A stretch of DNA of 56,219 nt, filler included, from Sphacelaria rigidula (taxonomy: Eukaryota), in NCBI GenBank assembly GCA_964200075.2. It is 7 parts of 7 records of this genome, joined end to end, with 100 filler letters (N's around TTAATTAATTAA, not from the genome) between each part and the next. Parts side by side here need not be neighbours in the genome. Positions count along the whole stretch, not along the records: positions 1 to 7,946 come from CAXNAA020012884.1; positions 8,047 to 15,992 come from CAXNAA020012885.1; 5 more parts are not named here. The stretch is one strand, 5' to 3'. Shown here one piece after another: positions 1 to 11,518 of the stretch. How positions within the stretch are numbered: the first letter of the stretch is position 1; each line of letters starts with the position of its first letter. Below the pieces are notes generated by a model that saw nothing but the letters and a program-made list of their open reading frames with translations, was not told where the DNA came from and made no database searches. A program made the translations under genes and the position numbers.

Positions 1-120
1 CGCCAATATGAGGCGCTTCATGCAGCCTGAACCCAAGCATCATCAGGCGCTGTATGGTCATTTTTTTCGTCACACTTTTGAGCTGGTTTTGGGGGGGAGG
101 GCTATTTTGTAGAAAGTGTC
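1..120. mobile_element. Right part of GAC-ended ~250-bp MITE (same family as 34375-34628), truncated by contig start
   Basis: Aligns by eye to 34515-34628 and 40975-41086 (gaggcgcttcatgcagcctgaa...catcaggcgctgtatg) and ends in the degenerate TIR gggctattttgtagaaagtgtc. Confidence 0.7.
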
Positions 121-370
121 CATTCAGAAACCTTCAAATTGAACAATGTTCTGAAATTACAAAAGCGAATTCAAGACACAATTTGTATCCAATCTCATCA
201 AAAATTAGACCTTAGTAACCGCCATGAACACGGTGTGCGTAGGATCGAGTTATCCCCCACACGTGGTATTTCGGTGATGCGGGGTTTTGGCAATGTCGAA
301 TATCCAATAAAGTAAAATACTATAATACTACAACAGTATACTGATGAAATACGTCCCCGACTAACACATA

Positions 371-524
371 ACAGCCGATCATCGAAATTGAGGGTGGAGC
401 TTTTCATTGAGGACGAGAACCTGGAGGGCTAAAATCTTTGTATGATCCCATTCCTTCACCTTTTATTCCTCCGGGTTCTCATCCTCAATGAAAAGCTCCA
501 TCCTCACTTTCGATGATCGACCGT
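371..524. mobile_element. Foldback MITE with ~57-bp terminal inverted repeats
   Basis: acagccgatcatcgaaattgagggtggagcttttcattgaggacgagaacctggagg is inverted at cctccgggttctcatcctcaatgaaaagctccatcctcactttcgatgatcgaccgt; the left arm recurs at 23972-24038. Confidence 0.75.
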
Positions 525-2180
525 CACATGCTGCTATACCACAAGGCTAAACCTTGTCCAATGGACGGGAAAGGGAAGGAGGGGGTGTACTCATGATCTT
601 GCATGTCGTAGTTATTCGGCGGGGAGGGGCACACACGCTGTTGTTTTCCACCAAATCGCAGTCGCACTCACTCAAGAGTCCAGAAAATAAAAAGGTATGC
701 CTGGGCGCTGCTGTGTTGTTACGAAGCAGCTACGAGAACACTCTGTATTTTGCCGCCATGAATCATAATAGTGGTACTATATGATGTTGTGCTGCCTGGG
801 CGCCTGCTGGAGAGCGTGAGAAATCCGTCGTTGGGTACCAACTACATCTGTAGCTGCGAAAAATCCTCACGTAGCATAAAATATCACCACTAATCCGTAT
901 ATTCCCTGAAAAAGTCGGAGGGAATGGGGATTCCGTTTTACAATAACCCCTTCTTCAACCCCATCTCCAACAAGACTGTGTGATTTAAACCCTGGTATAT
1001 TCTAGTACTAACTACAGACAAAATTTTCGCCAGATGGGGTGTCTAGCATTGATTGGGTGTGGGCCTTTCACCCCATTTTCACTTGAAGAACAGGCGAAGA
1101 TCATGCCGATTCCATATGAGGGGATACCTTTTGACTGCGAACGGTGGTCCATTCTTGTGTAATGGCACCACTTTTACGTGGAAAAGTGCTGAGAATGATG
1201 TCGAGCCACCAATGAACCACCGCTCGCAGCCAGAGGGTAAAGCGCCGGAGGTCAACATACGTGGAACCGGCATCATTTTCCCTTGGCAAGTCACTGCGCG
1301 ATCCGGATTACCAACCCTGGCGGTCAAAGGGCTGACGTCCCGAAGCGTAAGCCGTTGGATAAACGATCCGAAATCTAACAAACATCAACATATCAGTCTT
1401 CGAAATCGCGGCGGGTAAACACGCTGCACTGGCAGGAACCGGGAAGAGAACATTTTTGGAACGCATGCCATGATGTGCTGTGTATATTTTGAACCTGCCA
1501 AATGTACAATGCGCATTCATGACACGAATGTTCCTCTGGGTCCCTTCAAAACGTATCGTTTCGTATTAAAACTCGTATAGCTTACAACTCGAAATCTAAA
1601 AGTATTTCGCAACGTCACTTGTACTAACCCTTTGGCCGCTCGGGTGGGTGCTCTGTTGAATCGGCATCGTGTACACTTGGCATTCAGACATGTTAGCGTT
1701 CTCTCCATGAACGGAACACTTGAAAACAATGTCTTCTATCAAAAGCTCACACCCACTCAAACGCGAGACATTTAAAGTGGAGGAAGAGCTGTTTACTCTC
1801 GTACCTACCCCCCACTGTGCCTGCTCATCGATGGCTTCTTGGAGAAGAATGGTTGCGTACCCCCCGGGCAACTACGAGAAAAACTAGAGAGATTTGTATG
1901 AACATGAAGACCATTCAGCTACCACAGTCTTCACGTGACAGGAAGTATGTAACACGTATGCATGCATCTCGTCGAGAACGAAGGCATCGTGCATCACAAG
2001 GCAAGAGTCTGTCAAGGACTTGGATCATTTCAACATTTCACATGTAGCTGTGTATACCAAAGTAACACCTCTCGTGAACTGTGCATTCTTGTTCAAAAGC
2101 TCACTGTGTACGTTGGCCACAACATTTCGAAGATGCTCGGGGATAGAGTAGACTACGAGCAGGAGCAATTTGAGGTGTTC

Positions 2181-2515
2181 AAACTGCAGGTACTCTGAAA
2201 TAGCCGGCATTTTGGGCAAATTGATACACTAGGTACTCTGGAATAGCCAGAGTTTCTGGCAAACGATACTCCAGATTCTCGGAATACTCTGTATCTTTGG
2301 CAACCGACACACCGGGTAGTCCGGACAACCAAGTAGCGTCAGCAATTGATGCTCCAGGTACTCTGGCACAAGCAGTGTTTTGAGCAACCGATACTCTGGG
2401 TACTCAGTAATACTCAATACTTGCGTCAGTTGATACTCTAGGCACTCTGGAGCGCCCAGTACTTTCGGTGATAGATACTCCAGGTAGTCGAAAGTACCGA
2501 GTACTGAAAACACTG
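2181..2515. repeat. Diverged 42-bp tandem repeat, ~8 units
   Basis: gatactccaggtactc-like cores start at 2223, 2265, 2306, 2348, 2390, 2432 and 2474. Confidence 0.85.
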
Positions 2516-3867
2516 GAGAAATACAGAGTACCTGGATTATTGTACTCCATCTCACGCACCATTGTAGCCTTTCTACACACGAAAACACGTGTACGCCAAG
2601 AAGGCGCCGTGTTCATTGCTGTTCTGGGGTACTACTTTTGATTGCTCGACGTACTGTAGTGGTGTTCGTATTCTTACACGAAGCGCTTGAACGCACGCAG
2701 TGCTACTCTCGTGGTACTGGTACATTCATGATGAGATTCATCATCCACGATAACAGCAATGATCCCATCCACAAGTTCGAACCACGATTTTCGAGTTCGA
2801 CAACACTTTTCGACTCCACCAAACTGAAATACAGAATGCCTGTCGCACACAAACAACGCGGAGTCTCGCCCTTTCATAGCCTCACCATGTCTATGTACAA
2901 ATCAACAAGCCAATCCATTCTTCACATTCCACAACACTCCAGAAGAACACTAAACCTTTTGATTCCAGTAGGGAAGTCTCACACATGCATACACCAGGTA
3001 CGGGAGCTCCAAGCTGTACGAGCAGGAAAAAGTATAATAGTGATGTTATGGACACACAACCTGTGCTTACACAGTAGAAATAAAAACATCGGCTACTCCT
3101 ACAGATCCACCGACACGACGGACATTAGCTACACACAGCAGAAGCACACAATGAGCCGATTTCATCGTTGGCCCCTTTTACAACATCAAACAGCAGCTCA
3201 AGAGCAAGGCACACATTCCACCTATCGCCCACAGAGTGGCACCATACAAAACCACTCTGGCAGTAGCAACGTCGAAAAGCATTGTAGACACTTTAGACAT
3301 GGTAACTAGACTATTGCAACTTCATAAGACAGTCAACTAATCGAGTTGCCACTACAGGTGGACGCGAATAACCAGGGCAAATCCCCTGAAACGTTTCACA
3401 CCATAACCCTTGCGTACAGAAAAAAAGTTGTGGAAGACTAGTGCCGAGATAGCTCCCCCATAAAATTGCACCGTAGACCGTCCGACAAACCGGCTGCGAT
3501 CCCATTATTTGGCTTGTTTGCAGCGATTTCGCCCACACGAGAGGCATGAAGCAGTCCGAAATCAGCTATAACGCCCAAATGAGTCGCGTCGTGCAGCACC
3601 AAGCCAGCTCTAATGGCGTTTATGATCATCGCCTCCGTGCACTTTTTTGGCCGGTTCGGGGGGGAGCTATCTCGGCAGCAGTCGGAACACTGACTCCGCA
3701 TGCTAGAAACGTCAGGGAACCACGCTAGTGACACACCCGTGAAGGTCACGCCGGTGGCCCACAACAATATCTAAGCGTCCATTCGACCGGTTGCGACGAG
3801 AGCCCCCCCCCTTGATCGACGACAACAAAGTCGTGACTCCCGCCCACCTTACGCCCTCTCACATAAG

Positions 3868-4590
3868 TCAATTCCCCTTCAATGAACCACCAGATCTTCG
3901 AAATCCTACAGACGCAAGCACTGCAAGCACTAAAGCTGTAGCAGGCAACCACCTTGCAGTGCTGCCCACCCACCCCGCCGCTGGTCCGCTTCTCTCTTTC
4001 GCGTCACTGCCGGGGGCACTCGCTGCTACGCACCCTCCCACCTCAGGAGCTACAATGACTGCCTTCACCGTCCCTGCCCCTGTCCCTACTCCGCCCTCCG
4101 CCGCCGCTGTCCCGGCTCGGGTATTCGTCGCGCTGCCGTCTGACACGTCTTCTTCTCCGTCGGGCGTCCAGGTCTCCCACTTTTCGTCCCAAGACGACTG
4201 TTGCCTGGTGAGATGGACAATCGCAGAAGCATCACGATCGCTGCCCCTCCCCGACGCCAGATTCTTGCCGGAGGCACAGTTCTTGGCAGATCGTGGAGAA
4301 CGTTCCAGGTGTTCCTCGGCCAGCGTGTAGGCCGGGCGGTAGTGCCCATCGGGCAAAAGGAGGGCCAGGTTTTTTTCTGTGTCTCCGCGTTCCCCCAGGG
4401 AGGTGTAGCCCTGGTCGTATAGGCAGCAGTAGGACAGCTGCGCAGCGCGTAAGAAACGCCACACGTGGTGGAACTTCCATTCGAGCGCCGGGTTTATTCG
4501 AGTAAACTCGGGCCATCCCGGTGTGCTCGGGGTGAAGTGTTCCATGTCTGCCGTCCACGGGTCCCCGCGGCGCTGGCCCATTATGACACC
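3868..4590 (-). CDS. FAD1: FAD synthase (FMN adenylyltransferase, PAPS-reductase fold), last exon
   Basis: Acceptor caatatag| then GVIMGQRRGDPW...FTPSTPGWPEFTRINPALEW...WRFLR...YCCLYDQGYTSLG...NLAL...YRPAYTL...LER, the eukaryotic FAD synthase C-terminal motifs; 723 nt, in frame to the stop. Confidence 0.9.
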   Translation of the reverse strand, partial: GVIMGQRRGDPWTADMEHFTPSTPGWPEFTRINPALEWKFHHVWRFLRAAQLSYCCLYDQGYTSLGERGDTEKNLALLLPDGHYRPAYTLAEEHLERSPRSAKNCASGKNLASGRGSDRDASAIVHLTRQQSSWDEKWETWTPDGEEDVSDGSATNTRAGTAAAEGGVGTGAGTVKAVIVAPEVGGCVAASAPGSDAKERSGPAAGWVGSTARWLPATALVLAVLASVGFRRSGGSLKGN

Positions 4591-4959
4591 CTATATTGCG
4601 AACGGCACAACAAAAAGGTTCGTGTTTGCTCCCGCGTTGAAAGAAGGGCAGTGGTTCGGAAAAGGCACACCTTGTGGTACTCCGCCACGGTAAGGTACAG
4701 GACAGTGGTCAGAGAGGTTTTGTCGCGCGAATGCAGATTATTGTTGTCGTGATGTACCGCCATTCGCACAAGGTCCACTTCTCAACCGAAAACTAAAAAA
4801 GATGCTTCCTGCAGTAAACTACGGGTGTGGCTATCTATGCGATACCGATTCACGTACTGTCATGCGCTGTTGTGCCTGTTCTTGTCTGCCCCCTAAGCGC
4901 CAAGTCTTGTTTCGGTCCATTTCTCCCGACTGACAGCACCCCGGTAAACAAGTTTTGCA

Positions 4960-5512
4960 GGGGGCGTGTACTCATGATCTTGCATGTCGTAGTCGTATGG
5001 CCATTGACCTCTCGCACCCCCACAAAGCCGGGACGGAGCACGCCGGATTTTTGCCGGACCAGGCTCGCAATCAATCACCAAGCGCAAAGCGCCGTGGTGT
5101 GTTCGGCGAGTCGCGTGAAGGGTCTCGGCCCGAAGCGTACTGACTATCTTGCATATAGATGACAGCCTTCAATGACTTGCTTCATTTTCTGGTGTCACCA
5201 CTTCCGGTGACAGCCACGGGTTCCACACTACCTCATAGGTGTCTCATCATGCAAACACTACTGATTGATTGATTGAGTGTCGCACTTCAACTGACCCCCA
5301 GGGATCCAGCCGTGGTCACATGATAGACACGACGGCGTAAAATGAGAATCCTCTGTGCGCGGAACTGACGTTCTCCCACACCGCGCAATATGATCCAGCT
5401 CTACCACCATCATGATTACCGCAAAAAAAAACGCAAGGACAACACGAAACGGTATCCTGGTTGCCTAGCTTACGCAGCGAGTGGCGTGTTTTACAGCGGG
5501 GTGTACACCTCC
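4960..5512. mobile_element. ~550-bp interspersed non-autonomous element (ggggYgtgtac...gtacacc ends) in the FAD synthase intron
   Basis: Colinear with 39430-39935; fragments at 580-615, 14225-14360, 26890-26990 and 39960-40129. Confidence 0.65.
5262..5332 (-). mobile_element. 3' end of (CAAT)n-tailed retroposon nested in the 4960-5512 element
   Basis: Reverse complement of accacggctggacccctgggggtcagttgaagtgcgacaatcaatcaatc (46802-46855); absent from the 39430 copy of the host element. Confidence 0.65.
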
Positions 5513-6451
5513 AACATTCAGGGGCGGGGGAGCGGGCGTTTCGGGGGGTATTCGAGTGGTAGAAGAGTCAGGACACAGAAAGATAAGCACATATGTGCCA
5601 CTTTTGTGTCAGTGGAGTATGCACAGACGAAGTCCTGACGCTACACCCAAATGGGGAAACGTTTATATTTCTCACATGTATATCCAACATCACATTCGCC
5701 TAGTCGCCTGTCATCAGCGAGTCTAGCCAAGGGCGAGTGTGAAAGGGCACGACCTCGCGTAGATTGTAGGAGTGTGCTGCCAAGAAACCATACATAAATG
5801 TACAACAACAACGTTTGTCGCATTCTGTGGGCTAGTGGATGGTACAGCAGTACAGCGCAACTACAGCAGTGACTACATGTAGCCACCGGACCGGGTTGGC
5901 TGTCCTGTGATCGTCGAAAAACAGACGCTGGATTCACAACACCATAGCCCTTGCCTAAGGCATCGGAGCCACTCAAGTGGCGAAGGTGCGGGAGAAACAT
6001 AACAAGCGAGTCCCAGCCATTGCCCACACAACATAGCTGTCGAAGCGTTCCAATGTATTGTACATGCAAACCGTGTTCGGTGTTTCTGCCGCACCAGCTA
6101 TGACGACAAAGACAGAACAACGAAACGGTCGCAGGATGCCACAGCACGAGCATCCTCTAATCCTCCGTTCTTGACAAAGATGACAATTTCCCCCATGCCT
6201 CGAGGCGGTCGTTGTGGGGGGAAAAGCAGGCAGCATCTGGTGCAAAGGTCCATCGCCATCGTAGGAACGCGCTTCGTTTTTGCTGGCTACGCGCCATATG
6301 AAACAACACTCGGCGGAAGGTACAAGGACGCACTAGTACACGCAAACCTGCCCTATGTTCGAACATCCCACAACAAGGCATCGATGCCGCATGTCACTCA
6401 TCATGGTTTTAGATGACTTGACAAAACGAGAAGCACTGTATCAAAACACAC

Positions 6452-6604
6452 CTTGACATTGTGATTCTTCACGAGGTCCTCCATGCCTTCTCTATATGAC
6501 ACCGTGTATCGTCGGAATTCGAAGCCCAAGGTTTCCGACGTTTCGTTCATGAAGTCATCCATCTCAGGGAACTCCTCCTTTTCGAAGTAAATCACCTTGA
6601 TCCC
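6452..6604 (-). CDS. FAD1: FAD synthase internal exon; upstream exons lie off the contig
   Basis: ctgcag| GIKVIYFEKEEFPEMDDFMNETSETLGFEFRRYTVSYREGMEDLVKNHNVK |gtgtgt; 153 nt, phase 0, joins exon 3868-4590 in frame. Confidence 0.85.
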
Positions 6605-6649
6605 CTGCAGTGCAATCGTCACGGGCGGGCAAAGAAGTGTGAACGGTGA

Positions 6650-7655
6650 CTGCGCTGAAATTTTGAGACACCATTTTTATCATCACTACGCACAACCTTC
6701 CCGGGGATGCCAAGAAAAAAAAAACGGAAAGCTAGAGCGATTTGAAGTTTGCGCAAAAACTTCACGGTTAGGACGAATCAGAGTTCATACGAGTCGAATC
6801 CTCATGATGCGAAAGCAGTCATGTTGTATAAACTGTTGGTCCGCTGAGTCGAGGGTGGATAGCACATATGCAGCGCACTCATCTTGCGCGCATTACAGCT
6901 GTGATAAAATTACGCGTGGTTCAGGGCCCATCGGAAGTGAAGCTTCAACCTGTACAACTTGTTGGTCCCGCATTAGCCCGAAGGTGAGAAAAATGTACGG
7001 GCGCTCAACTCGAACGACTTGGTCAGGCAGATGGTACATGACGTTCCCGACTCATGATGGTAAGAAGTGGGTGGCATGTACAATCGATGCATTCAAATTT
7101 GCAGTGCAGGGTTGACTATACGACGCACGAGCTGAGAAGCTGTATGGATTACCAATGATTTACGAATAGTATGATATATTCGTTGAAATGATGAACATGA
7201 GTTGAATCACGAGTTTAGTCGTCCTAACCGTGAAAAACTAGGAAAATGCTATAACTCTGTGAAAATGAAGAATTTCGGAGGCATCCCTAGTGTAGTTGTG
7301 CGTCCTTGTGTGAAGGATATTGTGGTGCAATTTCGGCCAAAAATTACAGAAATTCAGCGCAGCATCCAACTTTTCGTGCGGCACGGCGGCGCTCCTTAAA
7401 CCCAAGCGATGCAGTTGACTCTAGTTGTGGAGGTCACGAGTTCGAATCCCGACGGATTCCATTTATTTTGTTCCGTCCGTTAGGTGATACATTATGCAGC
7501 ACACTTTTCTTCATTCTGTTTTTTTTCAGCGGCGGTCCCGTGCGTTACTACGTTGGTCTGCAGGTCACACCGATACACTCAAGTCGGGTTGATTTGATAC
7601 CTCGATAACTTATGGTGTGACAAGCAAATACGGGATTTACTGCTGGCCCAGCTCG
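6650..7655. mobile_element. Inverted copy of the 8975-9559 MITE family, interrupted by the 6763-7232 element
   Basis: 6650-6762 plus 7233-7655 match the reverse complement of 8975-9490; ends in gctggcccagctcg. Confidence 0.7.
6763..7232. mobile_element. 470-bp non-autonomous DNA transposon with 8-bp TSD (hAT/P-like)
   Basis: TIR CACGGTTAGGACGA...TCGTCCTAACCGTG; flanks aaaaactt / aaaaacta; related right ends at about 8182 and 11179. Confidence 0.75.
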
Positions 7656-7946
7656 TGGCCCATCTGGACCACGCATACGTTTTTCAAGTGAATATTGATG
7701 CCGATTCAGCAGGTGGTCTACCCTAGCGGTCAAAGAGTTAAACCGCCACGAGATGAGACACGCCCTGAAGATTCCAGGGAATGCATGTTTTCTCCTTGTG
7801 CTTTTTTCCAGTGTCTTATGGCGCATCCATTGAAGGAAATCCTTCCCCCCCCCCCCCCCCCCCCCCCCCCCGGCCTGGCGCCGGCGGCCGGGGGCCCCTG
7901 AAACACCCCCACCCCCCCCTGAACCCAACCAACCCGGAACCCTATT

Positions 7947-8046
7947 NNNNNNNNNNNNNNNNNNNNNNNNNNNNNNNNNNNNNNNNNNNNTTAATTAATT
8001 AANNNNNNNNNNNNNNNNNNNNNNNNNNNNNNNNNNNNNNNNNNNN
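7947..8046. other. Artificial contig linker
   Basis: N44-TTAATTAATTAA-N44, with stop codons in all six frames. Confidence 0.98.
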
Positions 8047-8974
8047 CGTGGAATGGCGCAAAAGTTGCGTGGGTACCCCTTGGACCAGCGATGAACTTTT
8101 CCCCCCCTTTTGGGCAATCAGGCCGTAGAAATCCCGAATTTGGTGATTTTTGAGTCGTGATGATTTATTTGTCCTAACCGTGTTTGTTTTAGTGTACTCT
8201 GTTCTGTGTGCGGCCTTTCTGTTCTCTTTCGTCACTTTTCTTGAGCGAGTGTTTTCTTTCCATTTTGTTCTGTCTCCGGTACGTCTATCGTGCGATCACG
8301 GTTGGATCCCTAGGGGAGCAGTTGAAGGTGTAAGATCTATCGAAATAATTCAATCGATAAATGGCCGGCCAGAGCGACGGCGACTCATGAGCTAGATTAC
8401 GATCATACTCCAAGAGTCAGATTTAGCCTCCATGTAGCATGTTCGTGATCAACCATTTCATGAATATATATATTGTCTAATTATTCTGCACTCATCTTTC
8501 TTTTTGGTTGTTCCTTGAAGATAACACTTGCTTTTTTTTTCAAAGTTGGGTTTCTGCCCTTTGCTGTGGGTAAAGTCGTCATGCTGTTGTGTATGCTGTT
8601 CCTGTAGATTTATTCCATCCTTCTATTTTTGAGATTTTTTTTTTCCTGTTTTTTTGTTCTTCTACCGTTGTCAACATCTAGTGATACCGTGTAGAGTATC
8701 GCTTTTCCAACTTTCTTCGATCGTTGTTGTCGTTGTCGTTGTCGTTCTTAATAATATATTTTTTGACATTCTCTTTTGTTTCATTTTGTTTTTTCCCACC
8801 TTTTTGCCGTCGTGTACACTCGCTGCTTTTGTATTTTTTTAAAATTTTGTTTTCGTTTTTTTTTTTTTCCCTCTTTTTCTTCCTTCGTGTAAAAGATCGC
8901 TGTTTTCTCTCCATTTTTTTTTCTTTTTTTTTTTCGTTTTTTTCCGTTGTGTAGACTTTCTGTTGTACTCTATA

Positions 8975-9559
8975 CGAGCTGGGCCAGCAGCAAATCCCGT
9001 ATTTTTATGTCACACCATAACTTATCAAGTTTACCGATCCTGCCCGACTTGAGGATATCAGTATGACCTGCAGACTAACACCTGATGGCGCACGGCACCG
9101 TCGCTGAACGGAGAAAATAAATGAACACAAAATGTACTGCATAATGTATGACCTTATCGACGGAAAAAAATAAAGGAATGTCGGGATTCGAACTCGTGAC
9201 CTATTAAGTGGAGTCTCCTGTGTCACTTGGATTAAGAGGGCGCAACGATGTCACACAAAAAATGCCCTGCTACGCCCAATTTGAGGTACTTTTGGCTGAA
9301 ACTGCATCATAATCTTCTGCACAAAAGCACGCACAACCACCCGAGGTACGCCGACCCAATTCTTTTGTTTTCATGGAGTTGTAGCATTTTTCCAGTGTTT
9401 TGCAGAAACTTCAAATCGCTGCATTTTCGTTGCATCTGTCGGGAGGTTGCGCGTATTGATGATGAAAATGTCGTGTCAAAATTTCAGCGCCCAACTTTTC
9501 GGATTACCCACAGCTGGGCCCGGGAACATTCAAAAATTACTGTCAGCTGGCCCAGCTCG
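8975..9559. mobile_element. 585-bp MITE with TA target duplication (Tc1/mariner-like)
   Basis: ta|CGAGCTGGGCCAGC...GCTGGCCCAGCTCG|ta; related copies at 6650-7655, ~25600-26115, ~36157 and ~47440-47620. Confidence 0.8.
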
Positions 9560-9749
9560 TAGGGTCGTCACTTGATGTTTTCTTTCTTTGCTCTCAAAAC
9601 AAAGTTTTTTTTTTTTGTCATTTTTTCCTCCCCGCGGTCGAATACTTGCACACGTCGGATAGCAAATAAGCTACCTGAATATCACTTTATAATAGTGTAC
9701 TGATCCGGCTCATGAGCTAGCCTTTCGTCCCGTTTCCCCACATAGTGAT

Positions 9750-10041
9750 GTTCTCGTGAGATTGAGAGTAGAGGATACGATTGAGAGTGACAAGGTGTCA
9801 ATTAGTGAATGGATCGTTTCAGTTCCGAAATACCCCTCCGCGAGGCCTGACATGCTTTCTGTAGTAGCTCGCCAGTGAGGCTCTTGATATCCCTTAGTAG
9901 GATATCGACGTTTAGCTGCTTGTAAGCACACGCCAGTGATGGAGGCAAAGAAAAAGACGCACGGAACGAAAAATTGGCTATGTTGAAGCGAATGATCGAG
10001 GCCACTCTCAATGAGCACTCTACTCTCAATCCCACGAAAAC
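9750..10041. mobile_element. ~290-bp MITE, copy 1
   Basis: TIR gttctcgtgagattgagagtagag...ctctactctcaatcccacgaaaac; colinear with 12016-12293. Confidence 0.75.
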
Positions 10042-10266
10042 CTTGTCATATTTGATACCTACAGCGCTGGACGCCGAGCATGCGGAAAATAGCGCGAAGG
10101 TAGTGCGTTGCCTTCTCTGACCTCGCAGTCACGTATGTCGTGTTCTTGAACAAACCGAACAAGTCTTGAATTAGTTATTTTAGGTATAGTACATGAGCTG
10201 TCCGACATATGAATCTTTGTATGCGTCATTCGTCTACTCGTGCTGTACTTTGGTAATTTGTAACAG

Positions 10267-10399
10267 GTACTTTGGTGGAATCGGCGTGGGCGTGGAGATC
10301 GTCACAGAGGATTTGGATTACTTCGACCAGCAGGCTAATATCGCTGATGTCGGCAGCAGGCTTTCCGGGCTCGGAGACAGTAAATCGCCCTACATTCAG
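10267..10399 (+). CDS. Patched/NPC1-like (RND, sterol-sensing family) protein, internal exon
   Basis: taacag| YFGGIGVGVEIVTEDLDYFDQQANIADVGSRLSGLGDSKSPYIQ |gtgggg; resembles the start of the second luminal domain; phases join the downstream exons. Confidence 0.7.
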
Positions 10400-11429
10400 G
10401 TGGGGACTGCGCTCTCGTATACAGGTGGCGCTACCACTTTGAGAATCCTTTCTTGTGCACGAGGCTCATAGCTCATTTTCCCGAAGGGTAGTCATCTGAT
10501 GACAGCTGTTGAAAACATGAGGGCACCGTATCGGGGGCGTACTCACCGTATCGGGGGAGAGATGAGATGATGCCTTTACCAGACTGGAGACACGTCTCGA
10601 GAAAGGATGACGTTGAAGTGCGACGAACATTTGATCGGTTCATTGATTTATTCACACGTCGGTACCTGGAACAACTAATCGAAGAGAACTCTACGATCCT
10701 TTGTACGAAAACACAAAACACGTGACAGCAGTGTTCGAGGAACCAAAGCGTTACCTTTCCGCTACACGGCGTGCTCGGCGTCCATCGCTGTCGGGAGCTA
10801 ATACAAAAATAGTGGCCGAATCAGCTAGCTGATGATCCGGATAAGTACTCTAATGAGAAGTAATATCCAGGTGGCTAGCTCATGAGCTGTCGTCCGACGT
10901 GTGGATTTATTGATTGCAAGGGTCGTACTTCAATCCTTGGACTCCTCTGGAAATGACTTATTTTTAGGGTAATAGATTCGTCCCGTACGAATCAATCCTT
11001 AGGCTTTGTTTCCAGCGTTGCAACCCAGGTACGCGCAGCCCAGGCGCGTGGAATGTGATAAAGATTGCGTGGAGACCTTTTGGACCACTAGCGGTTAACG
11101 TTTTCCCCTCTTCGAGCGATCAGGCCTGAAAAATCGCGGATTTGGTGATTCGAACCGGCAATGATTCGTCCGAACCGTGATCGATCGATTGGTTAAGCGA
11201 TTGTAGCACTTTGACTCATCCCCCCGGGATGCAGCTGTGGTCATATTGTAGACGTACCCGAGACAATGGAAACGATCCTAAAACACTCGGTGAAGAAGGA
11301 AGGAACAGAAAAAAGGTATAACAGATTAACAGAATAGACTCGATAAGATAAGGGGAAAAAAAGGGCAACAGGAGAACGAATAAGAACATGTATATATCCA
11401 TGCGCGTATGGTCTTGTTACACTGTTCAG

Positions 11430-11518
11430 GAACCGACCACTAGTGGGACGTTCTTCAGCTGGTTCGACGAACTGGTGGACTACGCGGATACAGAGGGCAC
11501 CGCGACGCTTGGCACAAG
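11430..11518 (+). CDS. Patched/NPC1-like protein, internal exon (probable GC donor)
   Basis: gttcag| EPTTSGTFFSWFDELVDYADTEGTATLGT AG|GCAAGT; contains the SW-x-D motif of Patched-family luminal loops. Confidence 0.65.

Noticed and set aside
1625-1670. piggyBac-like terminus (also 7697-7742)
   Set aside because: Only one end is visible per copy and no TSD pair can be shown
2181-2515. CRISPR array
   Set aside because: Repeats are degenerate, the would-be spacers resemble each other, no cas genes are present and the context is eukaryotic
2638-3309. 223-aa ORF as a gene
   Set aside because: No recognisable motifs; lies antisense and downstream of the FAD synthase stop, probably 3' UTR or intergenic
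7432-7452. tRNA gene
   Set aside because: Only a T-arm/B-box-like motif inside a MITE; no cloverleaf
7845-7946. G-quadruplex or telomere-like C-rich tract
   Set aside because: Poly-C run at a contig end, likely low-quality sequence; no regular telomeric unit
7991-8002. Recurrent TTAATTAATTAA as a biological motif
   Set aside because: Synthetic six-frame stop linker inside N runs
8500-8960. Membrane-protein ORFs
   Set aside because: T-rich low-complexity DNA giving spurious Phe/Lys-rich frames
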